Assembly (NCBI RefSeq): GCF_910592395.1
Contig: NC_088308.1
Coordinates: 1,302,001-1,366,000 of the forward strand
Source: Lineus longissimus
Taxonomy: Eukaryota
Length of the DNA: 64,000 nucleotides
Direction of reading: 5' to 3'
Shown here: positions 26,765-38,688 of the stretch, piece after piece
How positions within the stretch are numbered: position 1 is the stretch's first letter
How the letters are laid out: every line of letters begins with the position of its first letter
Made by a program: the position numbers and the translations under genes
The notes under the pieces: generated by a model
Told to the model about the DNA's origin: nothing
The model's input: only the letters and a program-made list of their open reading frames with translations
The model's database searches: none

Positions 26765-29700
26765 ATGTCGTTCAGCTCACTTTTTAAGAAGGCCTCGACA
26801 TTCCTGGGCTTATCCAGTCCGGAGTCTGGCAAGTCACCACCGCTTGATGGAGAGATTATCTATTGTAAGAACAATGTGTGTGTTCATCCACCGGTCCCTC
26901 TAAGGAAAGAGTCACAGCATCACCCGGGCTACATGACCATCAGAACACAGAATGACGAGGTAAGATAAGCCTTGCAAGAACTGCAAAGAAACCTTCTGTT
27001 GAAATTTGTTCCAGATACCCCATATTTCAGGCTAGATTTTACTCGACTGCGTATTGAAATGCAGTAAGTGCATGACACTTGACGAAGAATCTCCTGATTG
27101 GATAATCTATACAGGCAATGAAGGTACATGTAATGTGTAGTTTATCATCCCACAATGTGGTTTTTTCTCTTGTCCTTCTGTGGATCCAGTAAAACAGTCA
27201 GACAACATACATGTAATGTATTAACTGAACTAGTGATCTAAATTGCTGCCAACTCTAAACCAACAACCCAGACATTAACTATATGCCATGGTGTTCACTT
27301 GTCTGTCGAATCATATTGCATTTAGACCATCCTCCCTGTTATTTTGCCTCCAGTTATGTCATTACTGGCATGTGGATTCTGTTGAGTAAACACAGTTGGC
27401 TAAAAATGTCAGTAAATGGAAAAACTGCTGTCCTCATAGTCGTAACAGTAGTGAGCTGAATAATAGCAGCTGTTGTAAATAGAGGTGTATTGATAAGATA
27501 ATTATGTAAGTTCACTATGAATGAAACATGTGTACTTGTGTCAGACAGGCCAGGCTTTCCTGTGTAGCCATGCACACATTGGGGGGGGGACGAAGTTAAC
27601 AAATCAGATGTAGAAAAAGTGTAATCTTTCAAGACAGCAGTGCCATTTTTATTCCTTGGTTGTATCTGCTTGTTGCGTGTTCGTCACTCTCCATTGTCCA
27701 TGTATACATGTCCCTACTCTAGCCACTGTACTTGCCTCATCATATTGATCAGCCAATACCTCTGTTGACAGTAGAGGAAGTAAGCATGTAATTATCCTAA
27801 TGGACTGGTGGATGGTAACCCACACATGGGATTACACACACAATGGGGATAAGTCTCGGATTGATGTGGGAATGATACAGAAATTATTTTACACGATCTA
27901 TTTATACGATACATGGAACTAACTACCTGGCTTGTCAACCCCGGCAGCACTGCTTTGTTTCAATCAATAAAACTCGGAAGTTGTTAGTGAATATTTGAAT
28001 CAATCACTGAAGTGCTGCTGGGGTTTGAAGTATGTGTAAGTTGTGTTACAAATGTTATGAATGACTTCCAAAATATTCTAGGTGTGTTTGTGGGAGCATC
28101 ATACAAATCATAGCTTGGCAGGAAGATACACTGCATGTATACTTCATGTCATGATACGCGAAAGGTTATAAAGACAGAGTATCTACATGTATAGGAGATG
28201 CATACTACCAGGCCAGCACCGATCTCTTACTCCAATTTCCTGAGTAGATGGTGCTTCTGAATCTGATATGCATCTCAAAGTATACAGCAGAAGTCCTCAG
28301 ATGTTTGTATTTCATCCTAAAAGGTGAATAATACATAGTGCCGGCTCAGTAACGACAATGTGTGGTGGGGAGTGTGGCCTGTGGCTCTGCCCCATGCCAC
28401 TCCTCGCAGAGGGAGAAGAATGGTTTTGGAGGTGCAGTGAAAAACATAAAAGCAGCCACCTTAACCACTTCAACAGCAAAATTGAGTGGAAGTTATCATA
28501 GTTGAAAGGATCAGGTGCATTTCACCCTTTATAAGTTATGATTATTTGTTCTACTTATATTCAAGGTACTTGGCTCCACTCTGATACTCAACTGGATTCC
28601 CAATAATACTTTAAAGAAGAACCCTAACATCAGCCTCGAGAACAGCCCCAGTGGATCATTGGCAAGTTCTCGCACGGTCAGTCCTCGACGGAGTCCGCGG
28701 CAAACTCCACGGGAGGAGTTCACCCACGAGGAGATCTCTTGTTCTGTGGATGTTACGCCCGATGATTCAGCCGGGGAACAAGACGATGAGGTACTCAAAC
28801 ACACACTCAAGTACAAGGATTGTATCAGTGCAACATCTAGTGAGAATTCTCTTGAGACGGAGCCAAGTCCTGATAGTTTGAGTGGTAATGATGAGGTGAT
28901 GAGGAAAGTCAGTAGTAGTTTGAAGTCGCAGAGTGATTCTGGTATTGGTCAGGATGAGATAAGTCTGCATCTGGAGGGGAAACTAAACACTGGGGGTGAT
29001 GTGAAGGATCAAGGGGTGCCAGAATCGGAAGATTCTGTGCGGGATACGAGTCTGTCTTCAGATAGTGAGATTGCGCCTACTGATGCCATGTTGAGTCACT
29101 TAGTCAAGAAAAATAAGCAGATTGAAGCTGTGAAGGAGAAGGAGCGGACGAGTTCCAGTCGGTCTGTAACCAGCATCGAAATGGAGGGTGATAACCTTGT
29201 GATTGTGACCGAAGAAATGGACGATGATGCATTTGTTGATGACGGGTCAAAACACAGTGATCCTAAGAGTGACCCACCGTCAGAACAGGCTAGTATGAGC
29301 TCAGAGTCTTCACACACGAGCCCTTGTGGGACTGTGGAACACTATCAGCACAAGCTGAAGGAGTTGCAGAATGGCATGACTCATCTTGGCACTGGCGATA
29401 CCGAGACGAAGACCAGTAGCACCTCAGATAGTGACACTTATACTTCCAACTCTGCCTCACTGCCACAATCATTGCCTAACAAAAACGGAGGCAACCGATC
29501 AAATCTTACGTTAAACCTCGACAATTCCACTGAAAAACTTTCTAGTCTTACCCCTGATATCCAAGTGACAAACATTCCTGATTCTCCAACAGATTCCACT
29601 GGCTCTACGTCAGGACCAGATTCTGATCCACCGTCGCCTTTCACGCCCGAAGGCTCCGATTCTCCTAAATCATTCTCATTTAGCACAGAGATTGAATCAC

Positions 29701-32700
29701 CTGGACTTACGTATAATAATCAGTTCCCGGAGAATTCAGTGAGTTATCTCGGCAACAGGAGCCCGCTGGATGCGAAGCAGAGCCCAAGGGAACAGATATG
29801 TGGTGTATTTACTGTGGATCTAGGTGAGTCCTTCATTGTCATTGGGAACTGGCAGTCTGTTGCCCAAGTCACAATGACACATTATCATTGCAGATCTTGA
29901 TGTGATAAGAAAACCTTTTTAAGAAGAGCATTCCTTTGCTGCTTTCAGGACTTGGCTGATTACACTAACAGTACTCTTTATATGATTGCATCGTTGGCAA
30001 AAGTTATTAGTCCTCTTTGGTTGGATTTCCTTTTCAAATGTTGAGGTTTTTTCTTGATGGGACATAATACAAAGTTCTGTAACATGCTATGAGACATACA
30101 TGTTCACTTACTTGATTCAACGTTTCAGGCCAGATGCGTTCGCTACGATTGTTCTACAGCGATGAAAAGTTCTCATGCGGCCAAATGGTGATTGCTAGTC
30201 GGGAAAGCCAGTACAAAATCTTACACTTTCACCACGGAGGACTCGATAAGTTGGCCTCGATTTTCCAAGATTGGAAGTTCTTTGCTCAGCCACAGCGAAA
30301 GGTTTGTAAAAAGAACAGAAAAAAAGGCCAAGGATTATAGTTTTTTTTGGATAGAGAAACAGATATCTGTTTCAAGCAATGGGATAGTTCTTTTCTGCGT
30401 TCTCTTACTCAGAAAGTCACTCCATCTCGTTGAAAGAAATGGTGTTAATTAAAAGTTATCTGTTTTTGTTCTTTTGAGATTTTTTTAAACTTGCGATAAC
30501 ATTTTGTTTTTTCAGAAGAACACCAATCACTTGTGCAAGCAGTTCTCTGTGATCCGACCGTGGATTCAGAAGGACCAGTACCACCCAGAGGAGGGAATGT
30601 ACGAGTTGGTCTCCGATCAAATATGGCGGCAACACATGAACGAGCTGGGCGAGATCGATGAAGATTTATCGCTTAGAAAGGTAGAAATTAGGTTGAAATA
30701 TCCTTGTGTGCTTGGCCGGAGATGCTCATGCAGTTTTCTGGACTGTTCGCTCTTATAGACAGATATCATTTGTAAACATGTACTTCCATTGCCCTGGAGA
30801 AGTATGAACGTTCTTTCTAATGTTATCAAAAAATGTTTTCATTTGTGAGTTGAAACAAGCTGTATTCACATGCAAGTCTAGACATGCAGAGACATGTCTG
30901 AAGTACTTCTGTATGGAGGTAAGGAACGTGTCCCACAGACCTGGAGCTTTTCCTATTAGAAAAAGGGTCTGTCTTATATTCGTAGCATCTTCTTGATTCT
31001 GTTTTCAGGCAATCTTCTTTGGGGGCTTGGACCCTGTGATGCGAGCTGAGGTTTGGCCATTCCTTCTCAAATACTACCCCTTCGACTCAACGCATGAGGC
31101 CCGGGAAGCGATCCGGAATGACAAGTACATCCAGTACCAGAACATTAGGAAGGAACGGGAGGCTCTCGAGGGTGAAGAGAAGGAACAGTTTTGGAAGTCA
31201 ATTCAGTGCATTGTTGAGAAAGATGTTGTGAGGACAGACAGAAGCCATCCATACTTCAAGGGGGAGGGCAACCCAAACATAGAGATTCTCAAGTAAGTTG
31301 TGGCTGTGGTCTGAGTTTCCACTTTTTTCAATAATTTGATGATGATGATGATATAATGTCTATTAGAGTGTACTGTCTGCAAATCTATCAATGGGATCTT
31401 GACTCCTTGGTGGGAGCTCAATATCAGATGGAGTAGCCTAAAGTGATGACAGGGACAAAATAACCTGAACTCTTTGTCCATTTCAGAAACATTCTCCTCA
31501 ACTTTGCATATGCCAACCCCCATCTGGGCTATACACAGGGCATGTCTGACCTTCTTGCTCCCGTCTTGTATGAGATCCGCCACGAAGCAGACGCTTACTG
31601 GTGCTTCACCGGCCTCATGCAGAAGACGATATTTGTGACGTCGCCGAAGGACAGTGATATGGATAAACAGCTGGTATGTGGAACGTTGGGTTGGAACACT
31701 GGGTCATAGTGCAAAGTTTCACGAAAGTTGGCCCAACTGAAATTAGTAGAGATCTGTGTTTTCAGATCTGATGACAAAGTGGCATTCTAACAGATTCGAA
31801 CATATCCAGGATTGAGGCTGTGTTTGCACTGCATTCATGGGCCCTGGAGCTAAGCAAGACCGGAACTTCTCTCATAGTATTCTCAGGACAAAGACCATCT
31901 TGCCAGCAAAGCCCTTACTGGGAGTCCTCTCTGATACAACGCACGTTTCTTGGCACAAGGGGGATATCTGCTTGGCAAATTCAAAGTTGGAAATACACCT
32001 CTGTTGGTAACCCTTGTATTGTAGACGAGTTGAGCAAAGCACCGAAATGTAGTTTTGCTGTAATTTCAGGGCTACCTACGAGAACTGATGCGCTTGATGG
32101 TGCCAAAGTTCTATGCACATCTAGTCAAACTTGGTGATGCCATGGATCTGCTTTTCTCGCACAGGTACCGATTCATATTTCTCAACTAGTGTTATTGCAC
32201 CAGTACAGATTCCATGAGAGAAACTTTAGTGGGCTCAAAAATCTATGCTCAATGCTTCTGTAAATATTCAGAGAATAAAATCGGTACTTGAGTTGGATTC
32301 ATTTGTCTGTGCAATGAATATCACGATAGTCTGCAACAACATGGCATCAAATTTTACAAAGTGGAACCAATTTTTCCTTTGAATTCACAAAGAAAATGTA
32401 GAAATCTCAATCTCACTCTGTTAATATTTTTCAATTACCAGATGGATCTTACTGTGTTTCAAGAGAGAATTTCCCGAAGATGACGCGCTAAAGATGTGGG
32501 AAGCTTGCTGGGCCCATTACCAGACGGATTATTTCCACCTGTTCATCTGCGTGGCTATCCTTGCTGTCTACGGTGATGATGTGGTTCAACAGGACTTGGC
32601 TTCGGATGAGATGCTTCTCCACTTCAGCAGTCTCTCCATGCATATGTCGGGTGATGCTGTACTCAGAAAGGTCAGTACATATCATGTGGGCCTATCAATA

Positions 32701-33089
32701 TGTCATTAGCGGATTCACTCAAATTGCAGACAGGTTGAGCCAAGGGCCTCTCCCAGTGAGTCTCAGTTCAGGGTAGAGGAACCCCAAAATAAAATCCAAA
32801 TCAAGACCATACCAGGGAAGATGAAGAAGGTTGTCTAAACTTACCAGAGATGTGACCATTCCCTCCAAATTCTCTTGACCTTATCCATGTTTATTTTCTC
32901 CAGGCACGAGGTCTCCTCCACAAGTTCCGTTCCCGGCGCAGCATCCCATGCTCTCTCCACGGACTGTGTCTGTTATGTGGTCCAGGAATGTGGGACAGTG
33001 GCCATGTGCCCGCTGTGGAATGCACCGGACACCCCGATGATGAGATCTGTACGTACAATGGTCAAACTCCGACACCAACACCAAGTTAG
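26765..33089 (+). CDS. TBC1D16: TBC1 domain family member 16 (Rab-GAP); exons 26765-26959, 28566-29823, 30129-30301, 30516-30680, 31009-31292, 31487-31673, 32070-32164, 32442-32670, 32904-33089
   Basis: LDGEIIYCKNNVCVHPP, VDLGQMRSLRLF…ESQYKILHFHHGGLD, catalytic DVVRTDR (Arg finger) and YTQGMSDL (Gln finger), WEACWAHYQTDYFHLF, C-terminal PGMWDSG. Confidence 0.95.
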
Positions 33090-34335
33090 CAATTGGAGAA
33101 GTTTTTATTAGAGTGCAATATTGGGTCGAATGTAATATATGTGAATGGGAAATGTTTCGGCACTGATCACAAGAAGTAGGAAGTGCTATTGCTTGTGATT
33201 AGGGGCCAGTTGCAATCATGGATGGTTAAAAGTATCACTTGGTACCAGTGATTGAATCGCTGGTTGTGCCAGAATATTTTTGCGCATTCTTCTCGAAAAC
33301 ACTTAGCTGGCACTTTTGTCTGCATATAATTGTTTAGGTTGGATGAAGTGTGTAAATGTGTGGTGGACTTGAGACTCTTTATTGCTAGAAGTGCCTTAAT
33401 GAGATAGAGTGGTGATTCTGCAAAAGCTTGAAAGATCTACGGAATGGCTTAGCGTTTATTTTCTAACCTAACTGTTCATTTAATGTCTATAGGTGTTATG
33501 TAACTGTTACATTAGTGGTGCATAAGAAGCCTTGTTCACATGTACATTGTATTGTGTATGTATTGAGTCTACTAACAGCCCTGAGGGTCACTAACTAGTA
33601 ATAATCTCGTAATACAGTTTTCAAAGTCTGTCTCTGGTTGTGGCTGTTAACGTAAGTGTTTAATGCTTGAGTGACCACACCATCCATGTGAAGTCACAAA
33701 AAGAACAAATATCAGAATTTGTCCCTTGCCCTTGGTCACACATATTTTGGGAACTTGTGACTTATTTAAGTTTGTGTAAAGCCTAACAAATCTTTCAACT
33801 TTTGGATCTGATCTTACTAAACAGGGCTTCCTGCAGCTCACATTGAGATTGGCGTACTTGAGATTAACGTTTTTTTTAAGTGATGAATGAATAATCTGGT
33901 TTATGCTTGAAGTGTTAGGAATATGATATTCTCCTATCAAATGGGTGCTAAGTGTTTGACAGTAATATTAACCCTTGATGCTGGGCTATGATGTTTGCTG
34001 CACAGCATGCTGCCATTCAGTGAAAGTTGCAGCGTGTGTAGTGGACATAATCGTGCAACTTGCGATAGTTCTGAATAGTCTCTATTAGTTATAATTGCAT
34101 TTGAAACTCTTCATGTTATCTTGAGTCATCAGCATAACTGTGCGTCCAAGAAAGTGACAATCTATCATCGGAATCGAGCAATAACTTAAACTGTCTTTTG
34201 ACCAAGACTGCATGTAGTGAAGCTTTGAAATCAAAAGGAGGACCATAGGCAAGAGGTGGAGGTCCAGTTGGGGGACTTAGACGCACAGTTAGGGAGGTGG
34301 GTCTGGTTTGTTATTCCAAAGTGTGAATTGTGCTG

Positions 34336-34582
34336 ATAATAATAATAATAATAATTGAGTTCTTATATAGCGCATTTCCAGGTTCCCTGCTCAATGCGCT
34401 TTTGGGACTACATTATTATCATCCCGGTCTCCACAGAAATCAATCTGGGGTTTCAATGAGCAGCTACTGAGCGCTCGATTGAACTCGACCAGTAGGAAGT
34501 TTCTAAGTGGCGACTCAGCCGGGAATCGAACCCACGACCTTCCGGTTATGAGACCGGCTCTCTGCCATTGCGCCACCGCGCT
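34336..34582 (-). mobile_element. Apparently full-length tRNA-derived SINE
   Basis: Minus strand: A box TGGCGCAATGG, CTCATAA anticodon-like loop, B box GGTTCGATTCC, body, LINE-like tail (AAAGCGCATTGAG…ATGCGCTATATAAG) ending in (ATT)n. Confidence 0.85.
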
Positions 34583-36861
34583 TCCACTTGAAACTTGATA
34601 CACTTGAAAATAGTACAAACCTGTCAGTAACTTCATGAAATTTTCTCTCTTTTTCTCTCTCTCTCTCTCTCTCATGGCTCCTACCTAGAGTCTCTCGATA
34701 AAACCCAGAGTTGCTAATTTTACACTCTGAACAGAATGTGATTAGGAGCAAAATATGTCATCATTGTTATAATCTACCTGTAAATGTTCCTGTGTATTAT
34801 TGTAATAAATAGCTTACAATATGCACATTGTGAACCATTTAAGTGACGTAGTGCAATTTTTGTGGTGCTTGTGAGTTCAGTATTGTTTTGGTTGAAATTT
34901 CTAATTTACATATTGTTTTGCATGTCCTAGTGGTTTGTGTGCATTTGCTAATATTCGCTCCATGTGATTGGGCCGAAAACAGTGATTCCCAATGGAAAAT
35001 CCATTCATATGTTTGTTATGCGTATCCTAGAATATCGCCTTGCTAGTCTTTTTCATATCATGTAACTGACTAATTAGAGGAAGTAACGTGCTTGATCTTC
35101 CAGTTTATCTCATAGTAAAAGCAGTGATTAGTTGTGGCCATGCATGCAAAATGGTCTACACTCCATATTACATTTCACATGTTCATGCAGGTGTTGATGT
35201 AGCTGTACTATGCCTGTCTTTATAACCATGGTGGTGATTCAAATAATATACTGGTTACGGGCCACAATAGACATGCCTGAATCATTTGTGGCTAAAAGGA
35301 GGGTCTCGGACCCTTTTCAAACTCTTCTGACTAAAGATTACGGCATATCTAATGTGACCCATAACGTGTTTATTAATTTTAATCCTCATCGTTATATTGG
35401 TTGTTGTTTTGTTTATGTTTGAAAGATTTTTCTCTTTATTCCATATCATATGTTTCTTCTATCTATAAACGTGTAAATACTAGTCATTAGATAGGCTGCA
35501 TTGAAGCAACTTGTAGAACAGAACACTCAGTTGGTAGTCTACGCTCACCTGTGAGCTAGCAATAGACATGTAGACTCCTTGCATTCATGTCCCAGGTTGG
35601 CATGGCTTTAAACATCAAATAGCTCATCGTCCATCTCTGGCCATGCAGCAAACAGATCAGAAATAAGACGCGAGTGGAGATGCAGAACTTGTACGAATTG
35701 CTTGAGTTTAGCCTGTGCAGTTTTATTCAAAACTCAACGTAAATGCCATTTTATCAAACAAAGTATCCACAATATACATCTATATTTGAACTCTTGCTGT
35801 GGCTGTGCATAGATCGAGTACCATATGTGATACTTCCTTTCAAATGTGTGTCTAGTAATTTGTGCAGCGAGATGTCTCTGCTCGGTATAGAAATTCTGTT
35901 ATTTTCCTTGTCTAAAGTCAGTGCTTTGCTCTTTATCTATACGTGTCAAATTATACTGTGAAGATTTTCGGGTTTTTTTGTTACAGTACGACAAACTGAA
36001 AAAAATTTGAAATCTCATTGCTTGCCTACATGTATAATACATATCAGTAAATTATTGCCAAAAATACCTGGACATTTTAAACCCCTCACATTCATGTAGA
36101 CGAAACCTGTCTGATACTTCATGGTCGATGTTCCTCAATCTGACCGGAGAGATGCCCCCTCCAACTGCCTGTTTCCGCAGACGCTTTTACACACTTTTGG
36201 ACGTCTGGCAGGCTCAGAGAACGATAGCTAGAAGCCATGTCACCGATCCAGTGTATATGAGTCTGTGATCTTTCCAAAGGACTACATGAAGTGTGACCTC
36301 ACAAAAACTGACTGCAAATTATAGCTAGGAAACCCACATATTTTACACAATAATGGTGCATATTTATCACTGGTTGATAAATTTACCCTGTCCCAGTCAT
36401 AGTTCATATGTATTGTGTTGTTTCAGTGTAGCTAATTTTACTAACTGAAGCCGGAGTATGCCGATATTTGTTGTATGTAAAAATAATTTGAACAGATTAT
36501 GAATGTTGATAAATAGCCGTCATGGTGATGTCAATAAAGACTATGAGAAGTAAACACAACATGTTCGTTTTGTTTGTAATATCACTCGGATGGCCGTATC
36601 ATTCGCATATAGTCAATCAGAATGGGACATTAGAAGGTAGCGCCATCTGAATTCTTGGGATGCAAGCAGTCACCTAGATTTCCATGAGATATCGTTCAAG
36701 ACATCATGTTAGAAGGCCACAGAAGGAACCTATGGAGCTGATAAGAGCGCAACCTCCCCCTGTGGGCATCTTTGTCACCAGGTCACCCATCTTGACCCGC
36801 AATGTTTCGAGAGCGCCAAATCACTCACGCCTCGATAGTGGTGACGCAGACACATGAGAGT

Positions 36862-37393
36862 CGGGATGCAGGTCACCCTCCCCATGGAGAATGGTTATGG
36901 CCCCATGTAGATGTCAGGATGCAGGTCACCCTCCCCATGGAGAATGGTTATGGCCCCATGTAGATGTCAGGATGCAGGTCACCCTCCCCATGGAGAATGG
37001 TTATGGTCCCATGTAGATGTCAGGATGCAGGTCACCCTCCCCATGGAGAATGGTTATGGTCCCATGTAGATGTCAGAATGCTGGCCACCCTCCCCATGGA
37101 GAATGGTTATGGTCCCATGTAGATGTCAGAATGCTGGCCACCCTCCCCATGGAGAATGGTTATGGTCCCATGTAGATGTCAGGATGCAGGTCACCCTCCC
37201 CATGGAGAATGGTTATGGTCCCATGTAGATGTCAGGATGCAGGTCACCCTCCCCATGGAGAATGGTTATGGTCCCATGTAGATGTCAGGATGCAGGTCAC
37301 CCTCCCCATGGAGAATGGTTATGGTCCCATGTAGATGTCAGGATGCAGGTCACCCTCCCCATGGAGAATGGTTATGGTCCAATGTAGATGTCA
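36862..37393. repeat. Minisatellite, 53-bp unit x10
   Basis: Unit CAGGATGCAGGTCACCCTCCCCATGGAGAATGGTTATGGTCCCATGTAGATGT, near-identical copies with no spacers. Confidence 0.97.
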
Positions 37394-37410
37394 GTACAAT
37401 TGGATATTTG

Positions 37411-37482
37411 TAATAAGGATACTCTATTTTCAAGGACAGCATTTCTCAGTCCATAGAATGCCCTCATTAGAGAGGTTCTGTT
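37411..37482. mobile_element. Truncated MITE family copy 3
   Basis: AAGGACAGCATTT…ATTAGAGAGGTTC matches the right half of 3699-3867. Confidence 0.45.
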
Positions 37483-38688
37483 GAATGTTATTATGACAAT
37501 AGAACATTGTATCAACAGATTCTATACACATACATGTACCAGGTTCAAGGAATCTTGGTTTCGTACCTTCATTTCAATGAGAATTACAATCTAAGGACAT
37601 GTTTAAGGCGTCTAGGCCAAGGTAACAATGTGCCAATGAAGGACAAACCAGCCCTTCGATATGGTTTTAGTTCACAAGAAAATGCTGCCTGCTAGATTCT
37701 GAATAGGGGAAAATTCACTCTTTTTGAATTGGGGAGAGATTTCGTTGCAGACACGCTCCTCTGAAACAAGCCAGGCAGATTGGACACTTGATCATGTTTA
37801 GCCCCTCCAGTTTTGCTGTAAGGTGCACACTAGACCTTGTCAAGAAATAGTAAGCAAGAAACAAAGAATAAGAAACAAAGTTTTTAAAATAATCATTCAG
37901 TTTTTTCTTTTAAATATTTCCTTTGCCTCCATACATAATACAACCTATATACCATTACTGCATTGTCAGGGACTGACTAGAATACAAAATGTACATGCAT
38001 CGTATAATGTAACTTTACACAAATTAATAGAGAAGAAATAAGACATATTTGACTGTAAACATAATTTTCATCAGAAATGACTGGGTCTATGAAAAAAACT
38101 TGAAAACTACATGTGCTGTAAACAGTGAAATTTTTGCATCATTTTTTTTGCGATTTTCGCCAATGCACCAACAAACACACACATAAAAAGTGCAAAAATG
38201 TCAAGTCTAAGGCATTCCATGTAACTACTGAATTTCATCAGCACACATGAAATTTGGTCAAATGAAAATGAGCAAATTTTAGCTTCGCAAAAACTACCCT
38301 GTTTACAGTATCTGAAATATGATATCACAATGTGCAATTCGATGATTATAAAATATTAAAATTCACTCACGAAGTTTGACAAATTCCATAAAGTGTACAA
38401 ATTATATACAGAGTTTGACAAATTGTGGAACACTGTGCAATGTCTTCTTTGTGACCAATCTAGATAAGAAGCAGAAAACTACCATAATAAGAATGACACG
38501 TGCGGCTTTGGGACCATCAGCAGTGAATAGTATTGGTAAAACAAAGAAAAGCTAATTCAGCTGACAATAACCTGCGTGCAACTGACCGCCCTATAAATTG
38601 GCAGAACTGGAAAAAATTTCCCATGCTCACGGAACTTAACTAAAATTTTCACCAAATCGACCCAGTTTATCTCACTCCACACTGTTCC

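Noticed and set aside
34510..34582. tRNA-Met gene
   Set aside because: No proper acceptor stem or oligo-T terminator; continues into a SINE body and tail.
36862..37393. CRISPR-like array
   Set aside because: Contiguous near-identical 53-bp units, no unique spacers, no cas genes, eukaryotic context.
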